Virus record (IMG/VR): IMGVR_UViG_3300015371_000027
Coordinates: 3,072-67,071 of that record
DNA: 64,000 nt
Direction: 5' to 3' (one strand)
Source: a virus
The notes beneath the pieces were generated by a model that had not been told where the DNA came from, did not search any database, and saw nothing but the letters and a program-made list of their open reading frames with translations. Position numbers and translations under genes: made by a program. This document shows, piece by piece, positions 1-10,553 of this stretch (position 1 is its first letter; each line of letters opens with the position of its first letter).

Positions 1-1
1 G

Positions 2-1492
2 CCCCCACGGGAGCATCTGATAATCTCCCAAAGGGAACCAACTTCTGGAAGTAGCTCCTAGCCCTTCTGTATATAGAACTAAATCCGCAGCAACAGTTAA
101 AGCTCTACCACCTAATCTATACTGACCAAACCCATCCCACTTTGCTCGTTCCAGATGGTATGATGTATTCTTACACACAAAAGTAACAACCACCTTACCA
201 TAGTCATCCCACACCGGAACAACATCAGTAATATATCCGGTGAACATTACATACCATTCTTCAGACCCATCATGATGCTCATATCCTAGTCGTATTCTAA
301 CAGCCCTATCCCTATAGCTTTCTGCTGCTAGAATATCTGCTGCGGAACGAGCCTGTACTTGAAAAGTGGCTGTAGTTTGATCTAGACTTCTAGGCAATAT
401 TATATTTACATCTATAAGATTATCATCCCAAGGGAATGTACTACTTAATGTTGGAGTAGAAGATTCTACCGCATATTTAGTATCTACTGCATATAACGTC
501 GGTGTTTTATACCACTGGAAAGGAACTGCTGTAGCACTTCCTATTACCCCTGGAATTAATTCAGCAGCCCATCCTACTCTCCCATGAAGAGGATCGGAGT
601 TATCTACCAGAATTAAATTAGATGGACTAGGAATATCAGCAACAGGCTCCAGACTATCAAGCATAGTTCCCGGTACTCTGGAAGTAAGAGTATCTAGTTT
701 AGGATCGAGAATTATCTTTCCTGCTGCCTGCTTTAGCTGATGAAACCCGAAAGCTATAATTCCACCTTCTGTAGTTAGTCTAGCTTTACTAGATGGAACA
801 TTTACAGGTATTCCTTCTACTGTAGCCAGCTTATAACTCTCTCCAAAATTACCTGATACTAATATCACTCCAGAAACACATCTCACAAAAATTAATCTCT
901 CGTCCGAGGTATCTCCTACACTTGGACTAGGAGTCCCTACTCTTTCCAGAGTTGACCAGGGGTCGGAAGTAGTAGGACGGAATTGAACATAAGCCCCACT
1001 CTTATCTATGTATATACACCATAGAAACTGTCCAAACTCAAATCTGATATGAGCGGGATGAGTATCAACGTCCTGTCCTTCAACCGTATCAGGTAAGATA
1101 AAGCTAATAGCAAACTCAGGATTAATAGGGAGATTAAAGATAGAAATCCTCTTACCAACAATATTAGGATTACCATCATACTGAACTAACCTTTTTACAA
1201 TATAGTCTCCCCAAGCAGGAACCTGTTCTTCCCAAGAACCAGTATCTCCCGCAGTAGAATTCCATTGAGCTAGAGTAGTATCTTTCGCTACCCAATATGC
1301 TCTATTAATGATACCTTCTAGTTTGGGTATCCATTCCAGAAGTGGTGTTCCTGTTAGGTCAGCATTGTATAGAGATCGTTCTTGCACACTCTTTATAGTA
1401 GAGTATGCGCTGAATCCCCTGTCAGTTACTACAGGTTGGAACTCAAATACGTCGAATAATTCGACTGAAGCGATAGCATATTTTCTAGCCAT
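2..1492 (-). CDS. Minor tail protein, partial (runs off left edge)
   Basis: Absent from the ORF track. ATG at 1492 preceded by AAGGA; reads MARKYAIASVELFDVFEFQ... and the same frame is open at the edge (...GATSRSWFPLGDYQMLPWG). Middle not fully translated by hand. Lies downstream of tape measure. Confidence 0.65.
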   Translation of the reverse strand, partial: MARKYAIASVELFDVFEFQPVVTDRGFSAYSTIKSVQERSLYNADLTGTPLLEWIPKLEGIINRAYWVAKDTTLAQWNSTAGDTGSWEEQVPAWGDYIVKRLVQYDGNPNIVGKRISIFNLPINPEFAISFILPDTVEGQDVDTHPAHIRFEFGQFLWCIYIDKSGAYVQFRPTTSDPWSTLERVGTPSPSVGDTSDERLIFVRCVSGVILVSGNFGESYKLATVEGIPVNVPSSKARLTTEGGIIAFGFHQLKQAAGKIILDPKLDTLTSRVPGTMLDSLEPVADIPSPSNLILVDNSDPLHGRVGWAAELIPGVIGSATAVPFQWYKTPTLYAVDTKYAVESSTPTLSSTFPWDDNLIDVNIILPRSLDQTTATFQVQARSAADILAAESYRDRAVRIRLGYEHHDGSEEWYVMFTGYITDVVPVWDDYGKVVVTFVCKNTSYHLERAKWDGFGQYRLGGRALTVAADLVLYTEGLGATSRSWFPLGDYQMLPWG

Positions 1493-1496
1493 ATCC

Positions 1497-2876
1497 TTAT
1501 GTAAACGTCGCTGTCCCTCCAGAAGTAGAGAGATTTTTACAGGTCTTTACAACCCTATTACCAGTGCTGTCCTGCTGATAAGTAAACTCCCAATTACCAC
1601 TCCCTTTCTGCACTAATCTGCCGATAGTAAATTTAGCATCTGTAGCTATAGTAGCAGGAGAAGACCAAGTATCTGCACTATTATTATATATTGCAATAGA
1701 CCAGGTTTTACCAGATTTACTATATATTAAAGCAACAGGAAATGATAAACTACCTAACGCTCCTGCTCTCTCATATACTAATATATCTCCAGAGAAAGGT
1801 AACGTTGTCAAAGTCCAAGTCCTCCCTCTATCTCTGGAAGTAGCTTTATAGCCTGTCGTTCCTCTTCTATAGAAGACCTGTAATGTGTGTTTACCTAACT
1901 CAAATATTCTGGGTTGATGACACGTAGTATTAGTGTCTATAACTACCGACCTATCTAATGTTCCGTCACCCTTATATGTTCTAAACGAGATTTTATGTGT
2001 ATCCCAATCATCTACTTCATATTTATGTTTATCAAATTCACTATACAGAACATCTATCATTCCAGGCTCAGGGCTAGGGTCCCACGGTCCTCCATCAGAC
2101 CACCAGAAATATATAGTATGGGTAAGATGATAATGATACATCCTCCCAACAGCATCATTATTCTGATCATATATATCACTCGTATCGTAATCCCATCGTA
2201 GTTTTTCTTCACACTCTTCATTATAAGCTAATTCTTTACACCAAATGGAATGGTGCTGATAGCCGTCAGAAGTATAGTAAGGTACAGTAGCGCTTGGAGA
2301 TATAGTTCCATTTCCATTAAACTCGTAATCAAGAGTCATCTCATCAATTGTTTTACTATAACCTCCATCTACCTGTATAGCACCTTCAGCAAAAAATTCA
2401 CTTATAACAAAAATTGTTTTATCAGTTAGATTATTTTTATATCTAGCAGTCCATAATTCCTCTGCTGAAACAACACTACCGTCGTCATTATCATAACCAG
2501 CACTATGAACCCTGGTTGCTATAGTACCAGAAGTACTATCAAAAAGATCAGCACCTTCAAGCTTATACACTACTAGATTTGCAGACCAGTTATAACCTTC
2601 ACTACCAATACTAGGCGTACCCATTCTTACTGATACTGCAAAATCACTAGGCGTATCACTAGGTAATATTCTAGCATTAAGTTCATGTGGTAAATAAGTA
2701 TAACCTAAAGTGTCGCCAAAATACTCTGTAACAGAGTAAAAATATCCTGTAAAAAATACTATTAATATAACACCCGCTTCTAGTACTCCCACATTTACTG
2801 TTAATGTATCTGCTGTTGGATAGCTATCTCCATAATACTCTACTGCCCCTATTCTAGTTAATGTATACTGAGGCAT
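1497..2876 (-). CDS. Putative minor tail / tail tip protein
   Basis: 459 aa, beta-rich T/S/Y/G composition, directly after tape measure. Confidence 0.55.
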   Translation of the reverse strand: MPQYTLTRIGAVEYYGDSYPTADTLTVNVGVLEAGVILIVFFTGYFYSVTEYFGDTLGYTYLPHELNARILPSDTPSDFAVSVRMGTPSIGSEGYNWSANLVVYKLEGADLFDSTSGTIATRVHSAGYDNDDGSVVSAEELWTARYKNNLTDKTIFVISEFFAEGAIQVDGGYSKTIDEMTLDYEFNGNGTISPSATVPYYTSDGYQHHSIWCKELAYNEECEEKLRWDYDTSDIYDQNNDAVGRMYHYHLTHTIYFWWSDGGPWDPSPEPGMIDVLYSEFDKHKYEVDDWDTHKISFRTYKGDGTLDRSVVIDTNTTCHQPRIFELGKHTLQVFYRRGTTGYKATSRDRGRTWTLTTLPFSGDILVYERAGALGSLSFPVALIYSKSGKTWSIAIYNNSADTWSSPATIATDAKFTIGRLVQKGSGNWEFTYQQDSTGNRVVKTCKNLSTSGGTATFT

Positions 2877-2879
2877 AGA

Positions 2880-5800
2880 TTACCTCGCATACATAGGACT
2901 AGAGGATTGCTGTCTGGCAATCATATTCAACCACTCTTGGAATGTCTTCCAGAGCTGAGCCTGTGTAGCATTAGGATCGAGCGTAATTTGGAATACAACA
3001 GGACGACCTAAAGCTTCTCTATTAGCCATACGTTTCGCTTCATTATTACTCTGTTCAGTATGAGAATCTATATATCCTAACTGGTTATAGACACTCATCA
3101 TATCTCTTCTATTAAACGCTCCTCCTAACGGTCCTCCACCCAACGTTCTCATTCCACGTCTATTCATCCCCATTGCTTCGAATATTTCTCTTCTAGTTTG
3201 TTGAGCTTCCGTTCTTCGTCGTTCTGCTTCTAGCTCCGTCTCTCCAGAAACAGCTTGCATCATATCCTTATAACGCTCCATAAGAACTTTAACAAGACCG
3301 CGTTCTCGTTCTCTAGGATTAAGGAAAGGATTAGCCTTAATAGCTTCTTCCTGCGTTTTAGTCCTCTGAATAAGAAGGTTATGCTGATCCTCGGCTGTTT
3401 TCTTTGCTTCTCTTTCTGCCTTCTTCTGATTCTCTTCTCGTTCCTTTATAGCATCTATCTGGATATTAGATATCTCTCCCTCTAACTTCCAGTAATCATT
3501 AGCAACTTTATTATATTCTTCCGTTCCTGCTTTAAGTCTCTGCGCCTTATTAAACAGAAATTCTTGCTCATTCTTAAGAACAGGAATTAAAACTTCTGCT
3601 TCTGCTTGCTTCTTTACATCATCTTTTGCTGAATTTACCCTAGCTTTAGCTTGTTCTCGTAGGGCATCAAAATATGAATCTGTATCCCTCCTCTGCTGAT
3701 CTACAATCTTCTTATTATTCTGTTCTCTTTCCTTTTGTCCTCTTCCCAGAAGATCATAAGCTTCTCTTTCCTTCTCGTATCCTTCCTTTTGTAGATCGTT
3801 ATACTCCTGTGCATCATCTTTATTAGTTTTGATGGTAGGAAGTAAAGCCTTCATTCGATCTTTAATTTCTTTTATTCGCTTTTGAAGGAGAGGGATTTCT
3901 ACTGCTGCCCTGGCTTGATCCTGTTGATCGTCGGCAAACCTGGCAACCATCGCTTCAGCTTGAGCAGCCATCGCCTCTCTTTGCGTTTGATTAATCTTAT
4001 CTTGCTTTTCTTTACTCTTCTTTATATTTTCCTTTTGTTCGTTCTCTGCATCCTGCTGAAGCTTCTGGAGTTTGGTTTTCTCTTCAAAGAACTCGCCAAT
4101 AGTTTTATTAACTTCCTGTGCTGCTTTTGCATCTGTTTTCGCATCTTTATAAAGTCTGTCGCCTTCTTTTTTCAGATACTCCATACGCTCTTTTATAATA
4201 GGAGCATATGCTTTATATTCTTGTTGCGCTCTAGTATCTTCATCTCCAGAAATAGTAGACTCAGCTATAGATAAACTAGTCCTATATCGACTATCCTGAA
4301 TTCTTCGCTTTTCTTCTTCGTCAAATACATCCTGCACTTGCTTAGCAGCCGCAGCCGCTTTAGCTCTGGAAGCAGGAGTTCCCTCTCTAGCAATTCTCGC
4401 CTGTACTTCATTCTTTGCTTCATCAGCTTGTTTTTGTGCCCATTCTTCATCCTGTTTAGCAGCAACACCGGGCCATAATCTACGAGGATCAAGATTTCGC
4501 CACCAATCACCAGGAGTTCTTTTTGGGTCTAAACCTTGCTGATTTCTTTCATGCCCTTCCACAAACCATTCTGATACCACCGGAGCAGCCATAGCAGCTA
4601 ACACATACGGGTTAGTCATCATAGGTCCAATTTTAGGACCTGCTAGACTAGCGAGCATTAGATAATTAAGAGCATTACTGCCCGCTCCTTTTATCTGCCC
4701 CGATACACCCCCATCGGGCAGCATGCCTAATGCCATTTGTCCGCCGAGGATAGCTCCAAACCCACCTATACCACCACCAAGCCAACCACTAACAGCACCT
4801 TTTACTTTTTGCCATGCAGTTGCAGAAGTAGTAGCCGCTTGAACATTAGCAGTAGCAACAGCAGCAGCAGAAGCTACTCCAGCAGCAGTAGTAGAATTCA
4901 AACTAGCTCTTCTTAAAGCTAATTCTTCGTCTATAGCGAGACGCTTTATTTGTAATTCTTCTTTTGTAATCTTTCCTTCTTGCGCGAGACGATCTAACTC
5001 GAAATTCTTATTCATAGCTGCTTCGTCTGCAAGAGTTTGCTTAAATTTTAACACAGCATCTTCTGTCTTAGCTGTGTTAACAGTAGAAGCTACTACTACT
5101 TCTTCCGCTCCCGCAACCTGATTAGCTTGTAGCCTTTCTACATTTGCAGTAGTTTGCGCTACTCTTTGTCTCTGTAAAACAACTCTATTATTAGCTTCAT
5201 CCACTGCTCTTTGCGCTGAACGTGCTTCATTCATTTCTACTTCAGCACGCTTAGTCATAGCTATCTCATCAGCAAGTTCTTTTTCTTTAAGCTTTAACTC
5301 TGCTTCCAGTTCTACTTTTCTGGAAGTAGCTATAGCTTTATCTTCTTGTGTTCTCTTAAGAGTAGCTGCTTTATTGTCCGCATCTCGCTTTGCAAAATCT
5401 AATCGCCGCTGTGCCTCTACAATTTTGGATTGTTCTTTGGCAGCCTCGGCAGTAATTAATGTTTCTTTAGCTTTCTCTTCCTTAAAAAGAGCCTGCTCTA
5501 AAGTTAGCTCTTGCTGTTTTTCCCGTAATCCAATAGTTTCTATACCTCTGGAAGCAACTTCTATACTTCCAGAAATACTTCCTACCCGCCGCTGTAATCT
5601 ATCAACACCTGGACCGCCACCTTGCTGAGCCATTCGCTGAGCGATTTGCTCTTTTTCAATTGCTGTCTTCTGTAACTCTTTTGCTCTATATTCAGCTACT
5701 TCTAGATTATTAACAGCAGTTCGATGGGTAAGTAAAGCATTTTCTAGACGAATAGAATTATTAATTCTATCCTGTTCGGCTTTCTGTTTTGCTTCATCAC

Positions 5801-6770
5801 CAGAGCGGTCGTACATAAATCTCTGGTAAGCAAGAGATACAAGCTGAATTTGACCGATAAGGTGAATAACAGGACCCGCAGCCGCAGCAACTAAACCCAA
5901 ACCACCAACTAAAGCCTGAATAGGAACAGGGAGTTTAGCAAATAAATTCCCCATTAATTCCAAGCCAGGATTAATTATTTTCAGAAATTGGGTAATAGCT
6001 GGTAGAGCGGTTTGTCCTATTGCAGCCGCAGCCTGATTAACAGAGTCCTTAAAGTTATCGAACGCATTCCTCGCAGTATCCATAGGAGCACGAGGCATTT
6101 TCTGCATACGTTCGACAAGCCTATCCATTACCTGCTCAACAGATAGACCTAATTCCTTAATCTTCTTAGCAGGATCATCTCCATACTGCTCTTTTAGTAG
6201 ACTGAAGATTTGAGGCATACGACGAGAAGTTTCTCTCAATTCTCTTTGAGAAACTACTCCTGCGCTCATCATCTGCTGAACATTAACCATTACTTCATAA
6301 AGGTCTTCCTTCTGCCCACCCGCCAAAGCGATGGCATTAGAGAATTCCTTCATATATCCAGCAGCTTTTTGTGCGCTCAAACCTACAGATTCTAACCTAA
6401 CCGCTCCCTGAATAGCCTCCTCGAAACCAATACCAGGGAGTTTAGCTAACTCCCTCAATTCCTTAAATTGTTTATTAGCTGCTTCAGCACTGCCTGCATT
6501 TATTTTAAGAGCCTGCGTTAAACTCTCAAATCTAGTAGCAGTATTAATAGCAGCAGTACCTAACGCAACGAGGGGAACCGTTAACCCAAAGGTTAACGCC
6601 TCCCCCGCGCGTCTTAGAACTAGCGACTCATTATAGAGTTCGCGCAGTTTAGCTTTTACATCCTCGGATGTTCTCCCTACGGATTTGAGATTATTATCGA
6701 AGTTCCTAATTACACTCGAAGCGTTATCATTTGCTGTTATATTAGCATTTAATGTAGCGTCGGAAGCCAT
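2880..6770 (-). CDS. Tape measure protein
   Basis: 1296 aa; N-terminus ITANDNASSVI...GEALTFGLTVPLVALGTAAINTATRFE typical of TMPs; long Ala/Glu/Lys coiled coils; follows tail chaperones. Confidence 0.92.
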   Translation of the reverse strand: MASDATLNANITANDNASSVIRNFDNNLKSVGRTSEDVKAKLRELYNESLVLRRAGEALTFGLTVPLVALGTAAINTATRFESLTQALKINAGSAEAANKQFKELRELAKLPGIGFEEAIQGAVRLESVGLSAQKAAGYMKEFSNAIALAGGQKEDLYEVMVNVQQMMSAGVVSQRELRETSRRMPQIFSLLKEQYGDDPAKKIKELGLSVEQVMDRLVERMQKMPRAPMDTARNAFDNFKDSVNQAAAAIGQTALPAITQFLKIINPGLELMGNLFAKLPVPIQALVGGLGLVAAAAGPVIHLIGQIQLVSLAYQRFMYDRSGDEAKQKAEQDRINNSIRLENALLTHRTAVNNLEVAEYRAKELQKTAIEKEQIAQRMAQQGGGPGVDRLQRRVGSISGSIEVASRGIETIGLREKQQELTLEQALFKEEKAKETLITAEAAKEQSKIVEAQRRLDFAKRDADNKAATLKRTQEDKAIATSRKVELEAELKLKEKELADEIAMTKRAEVEMNEARSAQRAVDEANNRVVLQRQRVAQTTANVERLQANQVAGAEEVVVASTVNTAKTEDAVLKFKQTLADEAAMNKNFELDRLAQEGKITKEELQIKRLAIDEELALRRASLNSTTAAGVASAAAVATANVQAATTSATAWQKVKGAVSGWLGGGIGGFGAILGGQMALGMLPDGGVSGQIKGAGSNALNYLMLASLAGPKIGPMMTNPYVLAAMAAPVVSEWFVEGHERNQQGLDPKRTPGDWWRNLDPRRLWPGVAAKQDEEWAQKQADEAKNEVQARIAREGTPASRAKAAAAAKQVQDVFDEEEKRRIQDSRYRTSLSIAESTISGDEDTRAQQEYKAYAPIIKERMEYLKKEGDRLYKDAKTDAKAAQEVNKTIGEFFEEKTKLQKLQQDAENEQKENIKKSKEKQDKINQTQREAMAAQAEAMVARFADDQQDQARAAVEIPLLQKRIKEIKDRMKALLPTIKTNKDDAQEYNDLQKEGYEKEREAYDLLGRGQKEREQNNKKIVDQQRRDTDSYFDALREQAKARVNSAKDDVKKQAEAEVLIPVLKNEQEFLFNKAQRLKAGTEEYNKVANDYWKLEGEISNIQIDAIKEREENQKKAEREAKKTAEDQHNLLIQRTKTQEEAIKANPFLNPRERERGLVKVLMERYKDMMQAVSGETELEAERRRTEAQQTRREIFEAMGMNRRGMRTLGGGPLGGAFNRRDMMSVYNQLGYIDSHTEQSNNEAKRMANREALGRPVVFQITLDPNATQAQLWKTFQEWLNMIARQQSSSPMYAR

Positions 6771-6775
6771 TTTTA

Positions 6776-6988
6776 TTAGCCCTGTAATGGACTCGTCTCT
6801 CTTAAAACATCACATTCTAATAAGAGTAGAGCCATCGTTTTGTAGTATATGGGTTTAGTTCTCAATTCCCAGGGAGCAACACCTAAAGCTTTAGCAGCCC
6901 GAAAGAGGTCAACGTTAGGAGGACATTCTCCTGACATTCCCTTTGTTACGTAAAACTCCCTCCATCGGTCTGCTTCTTCGGGTTTGGG
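6776..6988 (-). CDS. Tail assembly chaperone, -1 frameshift extension (gpT-like)
   Basis: ORF 6776..7015 is the -1 frame of 6946..7296; in-phase slippery heptamer C CCA AAC at 6988-6982. Confidence 0.7.
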   Translation of the reverse strand, partial: PKPEEADRWREFYVTKGMSGECPPNVDLFRAAKALGVAPWELRTKPIYYKTMALLLLECDVLRETSPLQG

Positions 6989-7296
6989 ACGATAGCATTC
7001 ATAATACCGTCCCAAATAGCTGTAAGAACTCGAAGAGGAAGTTTCTTAAAACCTTCTTCTGAAACAGGAAGCTTTTGAGTTACTGTCTCTTCCTTCTTAC
7101 CTTCTTTAATCACTACATCATGAGTAATATCCCAATCCGAAATAAGTCCTATCAACGTAGAATTCATATCCTTATGATTTTCTACAAACTCATCCGTATA
7201 CTTATTAGGAGAAAACTTAATGTGAATAGTCTCTTTACCAAACGGAATATCTAGTTCAGCAACTTCTTTATCAACTATAGAAATGTTGAGCGGCAT
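6946..7296 (-). CDS. Tail assembly chaperone (gpG-like)
   Basis: 116 aa between tail tube and TMP, with an overlapping -1 frame ORF. Confidence 0.75.
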   Translation of the reverse strand: MPLNISIVDKEVAELDIPFGKETIHIKFSPNKYTDEFVENHKDMNSTLIGLISDWDITHDVVIKEGKKEETVTQKLPVSEEGFKKLPLRVLTAIWDGIMNAIVPNPKKQTDGGSFT

Positions 7297-7344
7297 TTCT
7301 ATCCTTTCTCTCGGCCTAACAGCCTCGTTATTTCTGGAAGAGAA

Positions 7345-8310
7345 CTATAGAGCAGCGATATTATTTATAACAACAATTTCCAGCCCATTACCAGTACCAC
7401 TCTCGTAATTAGGCATTAGAGAAAAAGTCGAAGCAAAGATATTATCTACATCTCCCCTGGTAGGAGTTTGGAACTTGAACGGAAAAGTAATCTGAATAGA
7501 AGCATTAATTCCCGTCTGAACCAGAGGACCTGTAATCAGATATCTACAGAACTTCTGAGCAGAATTCCTAAGGTCTGCCATATAACCAGCAGCCACAGAG
7601 TTATGCTCCACCTGAATTTGAGCCATATAATCAGGTGCGATTTCCACAATATCCGAATAACTATCTTGATCTGCTCGAAGGAAAAACGCCGGTCCTACCC
7701 TATTTCTGAAATGTATATTAGCAGATATACAATTCTGAAGCATAGTAAGACCACCAACTGTATCTCCTACTGATATAGTTACTAGTTTAGGGCTTGCTAC
7801 AAGAGATGCTACATTAGTAGTACTAGCCATTGTAGCAGTTTCAGACATCGTTCTAGCAAATACATCACCTCTAACTGTTAGACCATTTCTAGCTAGATTA
7901 ATCTCTACTCCAGAGAAAACTCCAAATCCACAACGTTCTGCTCTAGCACTAGAACCATAATCCATAGAGTAAGTCTGGATTACATCAGGGTCCCAACCAC
8001 TTGGAATAAATGTCCAAGTTTTAGCCGTACCACCACCCGAAGGAGCAGAAGGAACTACAAGAGCAGATGCTAATATATAAACAATATCATTAAAGCCTAG
8101 AACTCCTTCAAACGTTCCTGTGCTCCATTCCTTTTCCAGAGTTAGATCGGTATTAAACTTAACACCTACTGGCCTGAACGGCTGAGTGGGCACGTTAGGA
8201 TTAAGGCTAAACCTAGTATCCAGCAATCTTTTAGTTGCACTTACCAAAGTTCCCGGCGTAACTTCAGGACCTATATTAAGGTGCTGAAATACTGAAGCTC
8301 TTAGCGCCAT
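7345..8310 (-). CDS. Major tail (tube) protein
   Basis: 321 aa; N-terminal IGPEVTPGT motif typical of tail tube proteins; position. Confidence 0.8.
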   Translation of the reverse strand: MALRASVFQHLNIGPEVTPGTLVSATKRLLDTRFSLNPNVPTQPFRPVGVKFNTDLTLEKEWSTGTFEGVLGFNDIVYILASALVVPSAPSGGGTAKTWTFIPSGWDPDVIQTYSMDYGSSARAERCGFGVFSGVEINLARNGLTVRGDVFARTMSETATMASTTNVASLVASPKLVTISVGDTVGGLTMLQNCISANIHFRNRVGPAFFLRADQDSYSDIVEIAPDYMAQIQVEHNSVAAGYMADLRNSAQKFCRYLITGPLVQTGINASIQITFPFKFQTPTRGDVDNIFASTFSLMPNYESGTGNGLEIVVINNIAAL

Positions 8311-8313
8311 CCC

Positions 8314-8751
8314 TTATACTCCTCTGGAGATAAACATCCTGTAGTATCCACCGATGTAATTATAACGAATTCCATCTTCAACTGAAGTGTAGTCAATATC
8401 GTTTACTCTCCAACATCCCTGAATATTATACTGTATACCATCCAGAGTTATAGTGTCTACCGCTCCTTCTAAAGCCATATCTATCAGGTTAGCTATCTCG
8501 TAAGCTGCCTGTTTATCCTCACCCTGAGTAGTAGCATTGACCTGAAATACAGGTTCTATCTTTACTCTCGCTTCGGGTATATCCATCATAAATCTAAAGT
8601 CATCCCCACCTCTGCGAGAATAAATAATATACGGAAAAGGAGAGTGTGACGGTAGATCGCTAAATATTCTATCATCTACTAAATCAGCCAGCGGAGCAGA
8701 AGCCGCCAGCTTACTATACACAAATCTATTAGCGACTTCTGTTTCTCTCAT
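8314..8751 (-). CDS. Tail completion/terminator protein (DUF3168-like)
   Basis: YSKLAASAPLADLVDDRIFSDLP..PFPYI motif; position. Confidence 0.75.
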   Translation of the reverse strand: MRETEVANRFVYSKLAASAPLADLVDDRIFSDLPSHSPFPYIIYSRRGGDDFRFMMDIPEARVKIEPVFQVNATTQGEDKQAAYEIANLIDMALEGAVDTITLDGIQYNIQGCWRVNDIDYTSVEDGIRYNYIGGYYRMFISRGV

Positions 8752-9098
8752 TGACCGTACAGCTCCATCCTTAAGTTGCGATAGAGATTATCTGCCTGCG
8801 CCTCAACAGCAGGACGAAGGAACGGTTTAGCACTCATCTTTACCGTCCCGTACTCGAGAAATATAGCGTGTCTAGCACCTACATTAACTCTCCAATGATT
8901 CCAGGCTATCCTCTCATTACTCACAGATTCTACTAATGCTCCCGACCTCTGATTAAACTTCTCCGATATATTCTGGAGGGTTTGTAGAGAAGCCTGATCT
9001 GCTGTCTTCTCTAACGCCCTGTCTACTCTTTCCTCGAACGTATCCTGTATTTCCTTCAGTCGGATACGATCTAGGAATACATTTATCTGTATGTCCAT
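8748..9098 (-). CDS. HK97 gp10-like neck protein
   Basis: HAIFLEYGTVKMSAKPFLRPA signature. Confidence 0.88.
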   Translation of the reverse strand: MDIQINVFLDRIRLKEIQDTFEERVDRALEKTADQASLQTLQNISEKFNQRSGALVESVSNERIAWNHWRVNVGARHAIFLEYGTVKMSAKPFLRPAVEAQADNLYRNLRMELYGQ

Positions 9099-9478
9099 TA
9101 CGTTAACCTTATAAGAGATAATTTTAGAGTTATTCTATTACTATCTCTCCTATTAGTATCCAGAATTTGATACACCTCTCCGCCTAGTAAAATCTCATCT
9201 AATTCGTTAGCATCGTAATTCCACGGCAGAAGCAGAGTAAATCTCTGGAGAGAAGTAACATTCGATCCTATATCCTGTTCCACAGCTAAATTCTGAACAG
9301 TTTGCAGAAGTCCTTTAACAATTCTGGAAGATAAGAGTGTCCTAGTTTTTCCCCCTGTTGCCGTAGTCGCGCTTTTTGTGTATCTATTAATAGTTATATT
9401 AGCAGTAAGCAATCTCAGAACTTCTTTGCGTGCCGTTACTATATTAATATCTGGTATAGATTCTGGAGGGTAAATCAT
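9098..9478 (-). CDS. Head closure / head-tail joining protein
   Basis: 126 aa; ends DEILLGGEVYQIL as in SPP1 gp16-like stoppers; position. Confidence 0.6.
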   Translation of the reverse strand: MIYPPESIPDINIVTARKEVLRLLTANITINRYTKSATTATGGKTRTLLSSRIVKGLLQTVQNLAVEQDIGSNVTSLQRFTLLLPWNYDANELDEILLGGEVYQILDTNRRDSNRITLKLSLIRLT

Positions 9479-9916
9479 TTACCATCCCCATCTTCTAGGA
9501 TAACATCTGCCTTTAGGATACCCAGAATAATAATGGTTACGCATATCTACGAACTCTTCAGTTACATCTGGAAGAGTGGATTCTGTAGCAGTCGATCCAA
9601 AATTACCTAGCGTAACGGTAGGATCAAGAACTTTAAGTTTACCAAACTCTATACTAAATAGAGATTGATAATTACGAAGTTTCTGACTATACTTAAAGCT
9701 ATCAGTTCCGGCAGTAGTATCTACCAAATCTTTTAGCTTTCCCATCAGCATAGTAAGAACAGATAACTTCGTATATAGCATCACTACTTCTACATTACTA
9801 CTCTTACTCTCATGTAAACTCCAGTATTGAGCAATCCTACGCTCAATCTCTGGAATATCATTACTACCAATCTCTTCTCTTATTAACTCCTGAGCCTCGG
9901 CAGCAGTTATACTCAT
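9479..9916 (-). CDS. Head-tail adaptor (putative)
   Basis: 145 aa helical protein in adaptor position. Confidence 0.5.
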   Translation of the reverse strand: MSITAAEAQELIREEIGSNDIPEIERRIAQYWSLHESKSSNVEVVMLYTKLSVLTMLMGKLKDLVDTTAGTDSFKYSQKLRNYQSLFSIEFGKLKVLDPTVTLGNFGSTATESTLPDVTEEFVDMRNHYYSGYPKGRCYPRRWGW

Positions 9917-9931
9917 TAACTGTTCCTTTAT

Positions 9932-9980
9932 AAAAAGGAGAGAGGGTAAAGCGCCGCTCGAACTTTACCCTACTCTCCTT
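9932..9980 (-). terminator. Intrinsic terminator after capsid cluster
   Basis: AAGGAG-AGAGGGTAAAG...CTTTACCCT-ACTCTCCTT hairpin with A-run on + strand (U-tail on minus). Confidence 0.7.
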
Positions 9981-10017
9981 CTCGCTACGCTACTAATCAT
10001 AACAGCGTAACCTGTTA

Positions 10018-10551
10018 TTATTCTTCCGTCTCTTCTACTTCTTCTTCATCTTCGTCGTCGGCGCTATCATTTCTGGAAGGATACCTACCTACTCTTACCT
10101 GTCCCATTTCATCTACTTCTACGGGAGGCGGAGTACGCCTTATTAGTTCTTCCTCTTGACGTTCCCGACGAGTTTTAAGGACCGCTCTAGCAATTGCTTC
10201 TCCCGTTTCCTGATCAGGGCAATCCACTACTCCGGGTCCCCAATGCTGTCCCCTAAAGGTAACTACAATATCACCCGTATCGACAGCATACTTACCCATT
10301 TTTCTTGCTGCACCGCGCTGAGCCTCTTTATCTGCCTTTTCAATATTACGCAGGCTTCTCTCCGCAGAAAGGCGACGCTGTTCAGCAAACTCCTGCTTTT
10401 CTTTTTCTAGTTGCTGCCTTTCCTGCTCTAGAGCCTCTCTAGCAGCAAGAATATCTTCTGCCGCATTACGTGCGGTCTGACCGGCAACAGTATCTTCGCC
10501 GGTATCCTCTACTTCTGTAATCTGTCGCCGCAAACTACTCTTTTTAGCCAT
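10018..10551 (-). CDS. Hypothetical coiled-coil/acidic protein after capsid gene
   Basis: 177 aa ORF tightly coupled to MCP stop. Confidence 0.6.
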   Translation of the reverse strand: MAKKSSLRRQITEVEDTGEDTVAGQTARNAAEDILAAREALEQERQQLEKEKQEFAEQRRLSAERSLRNIEKADKEAQRGAARKMGKYAVDTGDIVVTFRGQHWGPGVVDCPDQETGEAIARAVLKTRRERQEEELIRRTPPPVEVDEMGQVRVGRYPSRNDSADDEDEEEVEETEE

Positions 10552-10553
10552 TA

